Assembly: GCA_963812605.1 (NCBI GenBank)
Contig: CAWEWF010000005.1
Location: forward strand, 160,001-224,000
Length of the DNA stretch: 64,000 bases
Source: an uncultured Verrucomicrobiae bacterium
Lineage (GTDB): Bacteria; Verrucomicrobiota; Verrucomicrobiia; Palsa-1439
Reading direction: 5' to 3'
The stretch's first letter is position 1, and every line of letters begins with the position of its first letter. The notes beneath the pieces were generated by a model, which was given only the letters and a program-made list of their open reading frames with translations, had not been told where the DNA came from and searched no databases. Below are positions 41,531-51,394 of the stretch, piece by piece. A program made the translations under genes and the position numbers.

Positions 41531-41660
41531 GATGGCCGTGTCGCCTTCGCCTGCAGGGGGATGTTGACGCCCTGAAACACGTCAGGGCGCAAAATCCAAC
41601 TGCGATGCGGACCAGTCTACTGAAGGCCGTCCGAAAAATCGAGTTGAATTTCGCGGGTGG

Positions 41661-42557
41661 TTACCGACGCCCCGAGCGCGGGTGGAAACGATAATGGGTT
41701 TCCTTGACGCGGCGCTGATCGACGTGCGTGTAGATCTGGGTCGTCGAAATGTCCGCGTGACCGAGCATTTCCTGGATGACACGCAAGTCCGCACCATTGT
41801 CAAGCAGATGGGTGGCGAAACTGTGGCGTAATGTGTGCGGCGTGATGGTTTTGGTGATACCGGCGGCGCGGGTGTATTTTTTGATGAGCACCCAGATAGT
41901 CTTGCGACTGAGCGCCTGGCCGCGCGTCGAGAGGAAGACTTCGCCAAGGCTCGCGGCCTTCGGAAAGGAACTGCGGGCCTCGCGCAGATAGCGCTGCACC
42001 CATTCAATGGCCTGTTTGCCGACCGGGACGATGCGTTCTTTCTGGCCCTTGCCGACCGCGCGGAGGAAGCCGGCCTCGAAATTGATGTCGCTGAGTTTAA
42101 TGTTGGCGACCTCGCTCACGCGCAAGCCCGTGGCATACATGAATTCCAGCAGCGCTTTGTCGCGCAGGCCGAACTTTGTGTGCGTGTTGGGCGCAGCCAG
42201 CAGTCGCCCGACTTCTTCGTAATCGAGCATGTGTGGGAGCGTCCGCCAGAGTTTCGGTGAATCGATGGTCTGCGTGACATCCGTTGCCAGCAGTTTTTCG
42301 CGGGACAGAAATCGGCAGAACATGCGAATCGCGGCAAGGTGGCGCGCGAGGCTGCGCGGGCTCAACCCGGTTTTGCGGCGGTGCAGGAGGTAGTCGGCGA
42401 TATGCTGTCGTTCGGCGGCGTTGAGCTGGCGGACCCCGCGTTGCTGGAGGAAGCTGGTGAATTGAGCGAGATCGGTCCGATAGGCGAGGCGGGTGTTGGC
42501 AGCCAAACCCCGTTCGACAGTCAGATGATCGAGAAAAGCATCGATCAATTGCTCCAC
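41661..42557 (-). CDS. xerD: Site-specific tyrosine recombinase XerD
   Basis: VERGLAANTRLAYRTDL, YATGLRVSE, GKGQKER, TPHTLRHSFATHLL, LGHADISTTQIYTHV. Confidence 0.93.
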   Translation of the reverse strand: MEQLIDAFLDHLTVERGLAANTRLAYRTDLAQFTSFLQQRGVRQLNAAERQHIADYLLHRRKTGLSPRSLARHLAAIRMFCRFLSREKLLATDVTQTIDSPKLWRTLPHMLDYEEVGRLLAAPNTHTKFGLRDKALLEFMYATGLRVSEVANIKLSDINFEAGFLRAVGKGQKERIVPVGKQAIEWVQRYLREARSSFPKAASLGEVFLSTRGQALSRKTIWVLIKKYTRAAGITKTITPHTLRHSFATHLLDNGADLRVIQEMLGHADISTTQIYTHVDQRRVKETHYRFHPRSGRR

Positions 42558-42710
42558 GACGCGACCTCCTTGGTTGGCGGAGACTATAATTAGTCCTCTA
42601 AGATTGGGGAAGCTTGTTTATCAGGGAAACGAGCCAGGATGAAAAGCGGACAAAAAAACTCTTCTTTTCTGTTTGACATACCAAACAATTGGCTTATATC
42701 ACTATCAGAG

Positions 42711-43241
42711 ATGGAAACTTGGAAGGAATTCGAGGCGAACGAGCTAACGCACAGCGCGGCGCATCATCTCCTGGCAATCTACGAGGTCGGCTTGGAGTAC
42801 GGCGGTTGGGCGCGCGTGTCGGACATCGCCCGCGAGCTCAGTATTACGCGCGGCAGCGTATCGATCAACCTGCGGGCCCTAAAGAAACGCGGTTGGGTTG
42901 AGACCGACGAGCATCACATGGTGAAGCTCTCGCCGAAGGGGCAAAAAGCTGCCCAAGCCGTGATGGCGAAGAAGGCCGTCGTGAAGACGTTTTTATCCAG
43001 CGTCCTGAATGTCCCCGAATTGCAGGCGGAAATCGACAGTTGCAAAGTCGAGCATCTCATCAGCCAGCCCACCGGGGAACAGCTCGTGCATTTTATGAGA
43101 TTTCTGGTTTCAGAAGATCCGCTCGCCAAGCAGGTGTTGGCGCGATTCAAGAATTTTCACGATCAGTGTCCGGAGAGCAAGACCTGCGAAGTTTGCCACG
43201 GACACTGCCTGATTGAGGAATTGCAACACGCCGGGCTATGA
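42711..43241 (+). CDS. DtxR/MntR family metal-dependent repressor with Cys-rich C-terminus
   Basis: ARVSDIARELSITRGSVS HTH, DSCKVEH, CPESKTCEVCHGHC; TTGACA at 42673. Confidence 0.85.
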   Translation: METWKEFEANELTHSAAHHLLAIYEVGLEYGGWARVSDIARELSITRGSVSINLRALKKRGWVETDEHHMVKLSPKGQKAAQAVMAKKAVVKTFLSSVLNVPELQAEIDSCKVEHLISQPTGEQLVHFMRFLVSEDPLAKQVLARFKNFHDQCPESKTCEVCHGHCLIEELQHAGL

Positions 43242-43657
43242 AGACTGATCGCACGGAAATCGTTGAAGACTTGAATCGTTTGATGGCTGAGGAACTGGAA
43301 GCGTTCCTCCGCTACTTCCAGATGCGCTACCGCCTGCGCGGCGTGGATCGGCTGGCGGCCGACAAACTTTTCGAGGAGGGTACGCGTGAAACGCTCGAGC
43401 ACGCCGAGGCGATTGCCAAACAGATACGCGCGCTCGGCCACATTCCGGCACTCAAGATCGAATTGGAATTGCGGGGCGGCTCGACCAATTTGCAGGAAGC
43501 GCTGGCGGAGATGCTGGAAGTCGAGCGTCAGGCGCTGGACGCGTACAAAGAGGTTCTGCCACGCGTGACGGGTGACACGATGCTCGAGGATTTCATTCGC
43601 AAGCAAATCAGCGTGGAAACGGAACACGTGCAGGAGATCGCGACGTTATTGGAGTAA
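43238..43657 (+). CDS. Ferritin-like (bacterioferritin-type) protein
   Basis: EELEA..Y, ETLEHAE, VERQA..Y, ETEH di-iron ligand pattern. Confidence 0.85.
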   Translation: MKTDRTEIVEDLNRLMAEELEAFLRYFQMRYRLRGVDRLAADKLFEEGTRETLEHAEAIAKQIRALGHIPALKIELELRGGSTNLQEALAEMLEVERQALDAYKEVLPRVTGDTMLEDFIRKQISVETEHVQEIATLLE

Positions 43658-43700
43658 GAAGCTTGAGGGTCGCAACCCTCGTTAGACGGGAAACGTAATT

Positions 43701-44789
43701 ATGCATGAGGCAGTCATTTCGTCGCAGCCGGTGGCGGCTTTGGGAACCAAGCCGAGGGCCATGCGCCTGGCGTTTCGGGTCATGCTGTTGGTTGCCGTGT
43801 CCCTCGTGGTCGGCATACTGGTATGGCAGGGCATTACCGCCCACGGCAACCCGGATCCGACGAGTCCCCACACCAGCTCCACCGTGGCGCTTCTGGACAT
43901 TGGCGTGCTCGTGTTCCGCGAAGGGCTCGAATGCATATTGGTGCTCGCAGCGATTACCGCGGGGATGGTCGGGAGCAGCCGGCCACACCGGCGCCCGGTT
44001 GCCTGGGGGGCGGGAATCGGTTTCGTGGCGACGATCGCTACGTGGTTCATCGCGGTGGGAATTGTCAACGATTTGACCGCGAATGTTTCCGCGCTCAATC
44101 TCCAGGCGGCCACCGGTTTGCTGGCCGTCGTGGTTCTGCTGGCAGTCATGAATTGGTTTTTCCACAAGCTTTACTGGGGCGGCTGGATCTCCATGCACAA
44201 CCGCAAGAAAGCGGAACTGCTCCGGAGCGCGGGCGACGCGGAAATATCCGATATGCGACTCCTGCGCGGGTTGTGCCTGTTGGGGTTCGCTTCCTTCTAT
44301 CGCGAAGGGTTCGAGGTGGTGCTCTTTCTGCAAAGCTATTACCTGCGGTTGGGAGGGCGAGTCGTCCTCGAAGGCGCCCTGCTGGGGCTGCTTTTCTCTG
44401 GCATCGTCGCGGTTCTCACGTTTGTGGCGCACCATCGTTTGCCCTATCGAAGAATGTTGGTCTTGACCGGAATTATGCTCGGGTTTGTGCTGCTGGTCAT
44501 GGTCGGTGAACAGGTGCAGGAGATGCAGCTTGCCCACTGGATTACCACGACGCCGATTCAACCGTTGGTGAACGTCATCCCGGCCTGGATGGGTGTATGG
44601 TTCTCGATCTTCCCCACAGCGGAAACGCTCGGTTCCCAATTACTGGCTGCGATCCTGGTCATTGGTTGTTACTTCGCGCCCCGATTTCGACCAGCCAGGC
44701 TGCGCCAGAACGGAGAACCGGCTTTTCAGGATCTTCCCGCGCCGCTGGTGGACGTGACCGAAACGCAGCCCGTTCAATCCGCGAAGTAG
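43701..44789 (+). CDS. FTR1/EfeU family iron permease
   Basis: Two RExxE motifs (FREGLE, YREGFE), multiple TM helices. Confidence 0.88.
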   Translation: MHEAVISSQPVAALGTKPRAMRLAFRVMLLVAVSLVVGILVWQGITAHGNPDPTSPHTSSTVALLDIGVLVFREGLECILVLAAITAGMVGSSRPHRRPVAWGAGIGFVATIATWFIAVGIVNDLTANVSALNLQAATGLLAVVVLLAVMNWFFHKLYWGGWISMHNRKKAELLRSAGDAEISDMRLLRGLCLLGFASFYREGFEVVLFLQSYYLRLGGRVVLEGALLGLLFSGIVAVLTFVAHHRLPYRRMLVLTGIMLGFVLLVMVGEQVQEMQLAHWITTTPIQPLVNVIPAWMGVWFSIFPTAETLGSQLLAAILVIGCYFAPRFRPARLRQNGEPAFQDLPAPLVDVTETQPVQSAK

Positions 44790-45352
44790 AGCACGAGACG
44801 CTTGGGGCCGTGCGCGCCCATGACCAGGATCTTCTCGATGTCCGCCGTGCGGCTTGGCCCCGTGATGACCGACAACGCGCTCGGCCAATGCTTGTCGTAA
44901 CGTTTACGCAACAAGGCCATCGCGGTCACGAGATCGGGAATAATCTGTTCGCGGCGGGCAATCACCAGATGCGTCGGTGGCAACACCGATAAAGCCCGTC
45001 CACCGGCGGAAACCGTGGAGACGATCACCGAGCCTGTCTGCGCCACGAGACAATCGCAACGGGTCACCCCCAAATCGCACTCCCGCTCACTGGCGTTGGC
45101 CGCCCCGACTGCTTTGCCGACCAAATCGCTCCCGTCGGTTGCGATTTTTACAAAGCCCTTCAAGAACCCGACCAAGATTTCACGGCTTTTGATGAGCTCA
45201 CCCTTCAAGGCCGCAAACTCCTCGCGGAACCACGCCTCGGGATTCGTGACGGGTGGAAAGATCGGCGCGTTCGTTGGCGGAAGGGGTTGATGCGCTGGAA
45301 CGCGCAACGCGGCGCGGACACGCTCGAGAATATTGTCACGCGCGACGTCCAT
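44774..45352 (-). CDS. lutC: Lactate utilisation protein C (LUD domain)
   Basis: AQTGSV, SVLPPTH, ITGPSRTADIE..GAHGP. Confidence 0.88.
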   Translation of the reverse strand: MDVARDNILERVRAALRVPAHQPLPPTNAPIFPPVTNPEAWFREEFAALKGELIKSREILVGFLKGFVKIATDGSDLVGKAVGAANASERECDLGVTRCDCLVAQTGSVIVSTVSAGGRALSVLPPTHLVIARREQIIPDLVTAMALLRKRYDKHWPSALSVITGPSRTADIEKILVMGAHGPKRLVLYFAD

Positions 45353-46730
45353 GCCGCCTCCAGTAGTCTTTGAAGCTCTGTTTCGGTGGCGCGGGAAAGT
45401 CACGGGTTGTGGTCCACGGTTTCAAGAGCGGCTGCGCGATACCGAGCCGCAGCGCCAGGTTGCCGAGGCGGCTGGCGATGGCGTACGCCGCGGGCGACTG
45501 CATCGTGGCGAGCCACACCCGGAACAGCAAACGCTGGATCGGGCTGTCGAATTTGTTTTGCACCGCGTTGCGACGGTTGTGGAGCAGGTGATGGTGTAAA
45601 TCAATGCGCACCGGGCAAACGTCCGTGCAGGCGCCGCAAAGCGAGCTGGCGTAGGGCAGATGCGACCATTCCTGCGCGTCACGCAAATGCGGCGTGATCA
45701 CCGAACCGATGGGCCCTTGATAGGTCGTGCCGTAGGCGTGGCCGCCGACATTCTTGTAAATCGGACAAACATTGAGGCACGCGCCGCAGCGAATGCAGTG
45801 CAAGGCATCGCGCTGCTCGGCGTCGGCGAGCAGACGCGTGCGGCCATTGTCGAGGAGGATCACGTGGAATTCCCGGGGGCCGTCGGTCTCGCGCTCCTGG
45901 CGCGGACCACCGATCAGCGAGCTGTACGCCGTGATGGCCTGGCCGGTGCCGCTGCCGGCCAGCAGCGGCCAGAACAGCGCGAGGTCTTCAAAGCGCGGGA
46001 TGAGTTTCTCGATGCCCACGATGGCCACGTGTACGCGCGGCAGCGAGAAGCTGAGGCGCGCATTGCCTTCGTTTTCGGTGATGGCGACCATTCCCGTGTC
46101 GGCGACCGCAAAATTTGCGCCGGTAATTCCCATGTCGGCGGTCAGGAACTCCTGGCGCAACCGGGCGCGGGCAATCATCGTGAGTTCCTCGGCGCTCTCG
46201 GTCAGCGGCGTGCCCAGTTTTTCCTGGAACGTGCGCGCAATGTCGGCCTTGGTCAGGTGCATGACCGGCGTGACGATATGGTAGGGCGGTTCGCCACGAA
46301 TCTGGCAAATGTACTCTCCCAAGTCGGTTTCGACGGTGTGGATCCCCGCCGCTTCGAGCGCGTCATTGAGGTGGATCTCCTCGGTCGTCATCGATTTGGA
46401 TTTGACGACCTTCTCTACACCGTGTTGCCGCGCCAGTTGCAAAACATGCGCGCGCGCGTCCTCCGCCGTTTCCGCCCAGAACACGTGGCCGCCGTTGGCG
46501 AGCACGTTGCTCTCGAACTGCTCCAGGTATCGGTCGAGGTGATTGATGGTCTCCCATTTAATGGCGGCGGCATGAGAGCGCGCATTTTGCCAGTCAGCGA
46601 AGCGCAGCCGACCGCGCGCGACCGCCGCGTCGTAGGTGGCGATGGCCTTCTGGATGACGCCACGATGGCGGAGGTCGGCGGTTTTTTCCGCGGCGGCGCG
46701 TTTGAATTGTTCGAACGCGGTCGTCGTCAT
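45336..46730 (-). CDS. lutB: Lactate utilisation Fe-S protein B
   Basis: KSKSMTTEE, ETDLGE, NEGN, CIRCGACLNVCP, SSLCGACTDVCP. Confidence 0.93.
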   Translation of the reverse strand: MTTTAFEQFKRAAAEKTADLRHRGVIQKAIATYDAAVARGRLRFADWQNARSHAAAIKWETINHLDRYLEQFESNVLANGGHVFWAETAEDARAHVLQLARQHGVEKVVKSKSMTTEEIHLNDALEAAGIHTVETDLGEYICQIRGEPPYHIVTPVMHLTKADIARTFQEKLGTPLTESAEELTMIARARLRQEFLTADMGITGANFAVADTGMVAITENEGNARLSFSLPRVHVAIVGIEKLIPRFEDLALFWPLLAGSGTGQAITAYSSLIGGPRQERETDGPREFHVILLDNGRTRLLADAEQRDALHCIRCGACLNVCPIYKNVGGHAYGTTYQGPIGSVITPHLRDAQEWSHLPYASSLCGACTDVCPVRIDLHHHLLHNRRNAVQNKFDSPIQRLLFRVWLATMQSPAAYAIASRLGNLALRLGIAQPLLKPWTTTRDFPAPPKQSFKDYWRRHGRRA

Positions 46731-47425
46731 GTCGCTGCCAGCACTTCCGCGAGCGAGATCGTCTTGATTGGCAGATTCTGGCGGCGCAGGTAGCCGTCGA
46801 TTTGCATGAGGCAACTCGAGTCGCTGGAGACGACGTATTGCGCGCCGGTTTTCCGGATCGAGGCAACCTTCACCTCGTCCATGGCGTAGGAAATCATCGG
46901 GAATTTCACGGAGAAAGTGCCGCCGAACCCGCAACACGTCTCCGCCTGGTCCATCTCGACCAGTTCGACGCCCTTTACGTTGCGCAAAAGCTGGCGGGGC
47001 TCATCCTTAAGGCGAAGTTCGCGCAACGCGTGGCAGGCGTCATGGTAGGTGACCCGCGCGGGGAACTTCGCGCCAACATCCGTCACGCCGAGCTTCTTCA
47101 CAAGGAATTCCGCGAACTCGTAAGTGTGCTTCGTCGTCTGGGTTGCCTTGCCCAGGAGTTCGGGGTAGAAGTTGCGCACCATCGCCGTGCACGAGGCGGA
47201 CGGGCTGACGATGGTGTCGGCCTCGGCGAAGATCTCGCAGTAGCGTGCGGCCAGGGTACGAGCTTCGTCCCAATACCCGGTATTGAAAGCGGGTTGTCCG
47301 CAGCAGGTTTGCTCTTCCGGGTAATAAACGTCCACATTCAGCCGGCGCAACACCGTGACCATCGCGACGCCTACGTTCGGAAAGAGTTGGTCGATAAAGC
47401 AGGGGATAAATAGCGCGACGCGCAT
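46727..47425 (-). CDS. lutA: Lactate utilisation CCG-domain protein A
   Basis: QTCCGQPAFNTG, YHDACH, CCGFGGTF. Confidence 0.92.
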   Translation of the reverse strand: MRVALFIPCFIDQLFPNVGVAMVTVLRRLNVDVYYPEEQTCCGQPAFNTGYWDEARTLAARYCEIFAEADTIVSPSASCTAMVRNFYPELLGKATQTTKHTYEFAEFLVKKLGVTDVGAKFPARVTYHDACHALRELRLKDEPRQLLRNVKGVELVEMDQAETCCGFGGTFSVKFPMISYAMDEVKVASIRKTGAQYVVSSDSSCLMQIDGYLRRQNLPIKTISLAEVLAAT

Positions 47426-47531
47426 CAGGCGAGAACTTACGAACTCGCGGTTCGCGACGCAAGAAGACAATTCGCAAGACGGGCTTGTCGTTTGGCGGGG
47501 TTTCGCGTAATGATTGGCGCGGGCTTTCATT

Positions 47532-48341
47532 ATGACGAATCTTTTTGACCTTTCAGACGATGTGGCGGTTGTGATTGGCGCGACCGGAGTGCTGGGCGGG
47601 GCCATTGCCGAAGGGCTGGCCGCCTCCGGCGCGAAAGTCGCAATCATCGGACGCAACGCGGAGCGCGGCGCGGCTCGCGTCGCGGCCATCAAGAAAAACG
47701 GTGGAACCGCCGCCTTTTTCTCGGCCGACGCGTTGAAACGCGAGGAATTGCGCGCCGCTCACGAGAAAATTGGCCATGCACTGGGCGCGCCGACGATCCT
47801 GGTCAACGCGGCGGGCGGCAACGACCCGAAAGCGACGGTCACCGCCGAGCAGAAGTTCGAAAACATCCCCGCCGCGAACTGGACCAGCGTGTTCGACTTG
47901 AATCTTGTCGGCGGCGTGTTTCTGCCCTGCCAGGAATTTGGCGCGGCGATGGCACAGCGCGGACGCGGGTCAATCATCAACATTGCCAGCGTCTCTGCCC
48001 ATCTGCCGCTTTCCCGCGTGGTGGCGTACTCCGCGGCCAAGGCGGCGGTGGCGAACCTCACGCAATTTTTAGCGCGGGAATGGGCGCGGAACGGCGTGCG
48101 CGTGAATTCGATCACCCCCGGCTTCTTTCCGGCGGAACAGAATCGCGCGTTGCTGTTCAATAAAGACGGCACCCCGACCCCGCGCGCGCAGTCGATTCTC
48201 GGCCACACACCGATGGCCAGGTTTGGCGAGGCGGGGGAATTGGTTGGAGTAGCAATTTTCCTCGCGAGCGGGAAAGCTAGCAGTTTTGTCACCGGGGCTG
48301 ATATCCGCGTTGACGGCGGGTTCCTCGCTCAAACAATATAG
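47532..48341 (+). CDS. SDR oxidoreductase (D-mannonate/gluconate dehydrogenase-like)
   Basis: GATGVLG, NAAGGN, YSAAK, PGFFPAEQNR, VDGGF. Confidence 0.88.
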   Translation: MTNLFDLSDDVAVVIGATGVLGGAIAEGLAASGAKVAIIGRNAERGAARVAAIKKNGGTAAFFSADALKREELRAAHEKIGHALGAPTILVNAAGGNDPKATVTAEQKFENIPAANWTSVFDLNLVGGVFLPCQEFGAAMAQRGRGSIINIASVSAHLPLSRVVAYSAAKAAVANLTQFLAREWARNGVRVNSITPGFFPAEQNRALLFNKDGTPTPRAQSILGHTPMARFGEAGELVGVAIFLASGKASSFVTGADIRVDGGFLAQTI

Positions 48342-48407
48342 GCGGTTGGCGGGTGAAACGATCGGCAGTTTCCGATCTTCCCGCCGGTTGGCAGGAGTAT
48401 TTCATCG

Positions 48408-49373
48408 ATGAAGCGCATTCTATTGACGACAACTTCGTTCCAGGACACACCGGGAGAGCACCACCAGATGCTCGAAAAGGAAGGCTTTGAAATCGTTCGC
48501 GAACGCGGGCCGTTGCCGGAATCACGCATGCTCGAACTCGTGGCCAAGGGAGACTTCGACGGCTGGCTCATCGGTGACGACACAATTACGCGCGCCGTCA
48601 TCCAAAAATCATTGCCCCGCCTCAAGGTGATCAGCAAGTACGGCATCGGCCTCGACAAGGTGGACATGAAATCCGCGACGGAGTTCGAGCTGCCCGTCAC
48701 GTTCTGTCCGGGCGTCAATCACACGACCGTTGCCGAGCATGTCTTCGGCCTGATGCTCGCGATCTACCGCGATATCGTGCCGCAGTGCAATTATGTGAAG
48801 TCAGGCAATTGGAAGCGTCTCACGGGACACGAATTGTCCGGCAAGACGATCGGCGTCATTGGTCTCGGGCGTATCGGCAAGGAAGTGTCAATCCGCGCCC
48901 GCGCATTTGGCATGAATGTGATTGGCTTCGATCTTTACTGGGATGAGAAGTTCGCCGAACAATATAACGTCCAGCGCGCCGGCATTGTCGAGGATGTATT
49001 GAAAGTCTCGGACATCGTGACACTGCACACCAACCTCACGGATGAGACCCGCCATATGATGAACGCCGAGCGTCTGGCGATCATGAAGAAGGGCTCCGTA
49101 TTGATCAATACCGCGCGTGGCGAACTGGTCGAGAGTAACGATATTGCCGCGGCCCTCAAAAGCGGCCGATTACTCGGGTATGGCGCCGACGTACTTGAAT
49201 CCGAACCGCCACCCAGGGATCATCCGTTGTTTGCGTGTCCGAATGCCGTGCTCACGCCGCACATTGGGAGCCGCACCTACGAGAGCGTCGCGCGGCAGGC
49301 GAAGATGGCGGCGCAGAATCTGATTAATGTTTTGAATGGCCAGCCGCCGGTCGCGCAGGCAAACAAACTCTAA
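48408..49373 (+). CDS. D-2-hydroxyacid dehydrogenase (phosphoglycerate dehydrogenase family)
   Basis: SKYGIGLD, GLGRIG, INTARG, TPHIGSRT. Confidence 0.88.
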   Translation: MKRILLTTTSFQDTPGEHHQMLEKEGFEIVRERGPLPESRMLELVAKGDFDGWLIGDDTITRAVIQKSLPRLKVISKYGIGLDKVDMKSATEFELPVTFCPGVNHTTVAEHVFGLMLAIYRDIVPQCNYVKSGNWKRLTGHELSGKTIGVIGLGRIGKEVSIRARAFGMNVIGFDLYWDEKFAEQYNVQRAGIVEDVLKVSDIVTLHTNLTDETRHMMNAERLAIMKKGSVLINTARGELVESNDIAAALKSGRLLGYGADVLESEPPPRDHPLFACPNAVLTPHIGSRTYESVARQAKMAAQNLINVLNGQPPVAQANKL

Positions 49374-49396
49374 CACTCCCACACCGGAGAAAATTT

Positions 49397-50852
49397 ATGC
49401 CACAACAAGCTGACATCGGTCTCATCGGTCTCGCCGTCATGGGCGAGAATATTGTTCTCAACATGGCGAGCAAGGGGTTCACCGTCGCCTGCTACAACCG
49501 CACCGTGGAAAAGGTGGACGCATTCGTCGCGGGTCGCGCCAAGGGCCAGACGATTATCGGCTGCCACAGCATTGAGGAATTGACGGGCAACTTGAAACAC
49601 CCGCGCAAGGTCATGATGCTCGTGAAGGCGGGGCCCGCCGTGGACGATCTCATCGAGCAGTTGCTCCCGCATCTTGAAAAGGGAGATATTGTCATCGACG
49701 GCGGCAACAGCCATTTCACCGACACGATCCGCCGCGTCCAGTACGTCGAGAGCAAGGGGCTGCTCTACGTCGGCACGGGCGTATCCGGCGGCGAGGAGGG
49801 CGCATTGAACGGGCCTTCGCTGATGCCCGGGCGGCAGTCCCGCCGCGTGGCCGCATATCAAGGGCATTTTCCAGAAGATTTGCGCAAAAACTCCCGAGGG
49901 CGAACCGTGCTGCGACTGGGTCGGCGAAAACGGCGCGGGCCATTTCGTCAAGATGGTCCACAACGGCATCGAGTACGGCGACATGCAATTGATCGGCGAG
50001 ACGTACGACCTGATGAAACGCGGGCTGGGTTTGAGCAACGAGGAGATGCACAGGATTTTCGGTGAATGGAACCAGGGCGTGCTCGACAGCTATCTCATCG
50101 AAATAACGCGCGACATCCTGGCCTACAAAGACGAGCAGGGGAATGCGGTGGTTGATTTGATTCTCGACGCAGCGGGCCAGAAGGGCACGGGCAAATGGAC
50201 GGTGATCAGCGCGCTCGATGAGGGCATGCCGTTGACGTTGATCGGCGAGGCGGTGTTCGCGCGTTGCCTCTCGGCGATGAAGGAAGAACGGGTTGAAGCG
50301 TCGAAGCAAATCAAGGCGCGGGTCTCGACGTTCAAGGGCGACAAGGACAAATTCATCAACGACCTGGGCGCCGCGCTTTACGCGTCGAAGATCGTCAGCT
50401 ATGCGCAGGGCTACCAGCTCATGCGCGCCGCGGCAAAGACCTATAAGTGGAATCTCAACTACGGCGGTGTCGCCCTCATGTGGCGCGGCGGCTGCATTAT
50501 CCGTTCCGCGTTTCTCGGTGACATTAAGAAGGCGTTTGTCCGCAACCATGATCTCGTCAATCTTTTGATGGACAAGTTTTTCAAGAGTGCCGTCGGCAAG
50601 CGGCAGACGGCGTGGCGACGCGTGATCGTGCAGGCCACGAAGCTCGGCATCCCCGTGCCGTGTCTCGGTTCCGCGCTGACGTATTTCGACGGCTACCGTG
50701 CCGAGCGCCTGCCCGCGAACCTGCTGCAGGCGCAGCGCGACTTCTTCGGGGCGCATACCTACGAACGCCTGGACAAACCGCGCGGCGAATTTTTCCACAC
50801 CAACTGGACCGGACACGGAGGGACCACGACTTCGCGGTCGTATAACGTGTAG
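49397..50852 (+). CDS. gnd: 6-phosphogluconate dehydrogenase, decarboxylating (frameshift near 49830)
   Basis: GLAVMG, GVSGGEEGA, MVHNGIEYGDMQ, QKGTGKW, WRGGCIIR, QAQRDFFGAH. Confidence 0.95.
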
Positions 50853-50870
50853 CGTGAAAATCCAAAATGT

Positions 50871-51373
50871 CGAAACCCGAAATCCGAAACAAACTCGAAT
50901 GTCGAAAGCGGCAAATCCGAAGCACGGACGAGCCATGCTGGTTCGCGAGAATCATGTCAGTTACGGAACTGGCGGGCCCAAGAAATATGACTTGGAAGAA
51001 CGGACTTTTCGGTTTGCCTAGGAAATCCGTGCATTCGTCAAGACGTGGCCCTGCACGGTTGGCAACATTGAAGATGTCAAACAGTTGGTTCGCGGCATCC
51101 GGTTCGGTCGGCGCGAATTATATCGAGGCCAACGAAGCTCTCGGTAAGAAGGATTTTGTCATGAGGATCAAGATCTGTCGCAAGGAGGCGAAAGAAGGTC
51201 GTTTCTTTCTGCGCCTGCTTGACCTCGGCGACAGGGACGGCGCTCAGCGCGATCGATTGATTCAAGAGGCCACCGAGCTAATGAATATTTTCGGGGCAAT
51301 ATACCGCAAGAGCCAATGAGCCTTGAATATTCAGGAATTCGGAATTTGAATTTGTTTCGAATTTCGAGGTTCG
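50871..51373. repeat. Imperfect ~30-bp inverted repeats of CGAAAT-type units flanking the four-helix-bundle gene
   Basis: 50871-50900 CGAAACCCGAAATCCGAAACAAACTCGAAT versus reverse complement of 51344-51373 CGAACCTCGAAATTCGAAACAAATTCAAAT (25/30). Confidence 0.8.
50935..51319 (+). pseudogene. Four-helix-bundle (23S rRNA IVS protein-like, TIGR02436) gene with in-frame TAG and a frameshift
   Basis: YDLEERTFRFA*(51019)EIRAF..KQLVR, then SGSVGANYIEANEA..KKDF..RIKICRKEAKE..EATELMNIFGAI. Confidence 0.82.
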
Positions 51374-51394
51374 AGATTTGGGTTTGAAAAATCT

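Noticed and set aside
41661-42557. Phage or island integrase
   Set aside because: Length and motifs match housekeeping XerD, and it lies next to rnc.
51019-51021. Pyrrolysine or stop readthrough at the in-frame TAG
   Set aside because: The same ORF also has a frameshift, TAG is used as a normal stop elsewhere in the window, and no pyl genes are present.
50935-51319. DGR Avd accessory gene
   Set aside because: No RT or TR/VR nearby; it fits a stand-alone four-helix-bundle gene.
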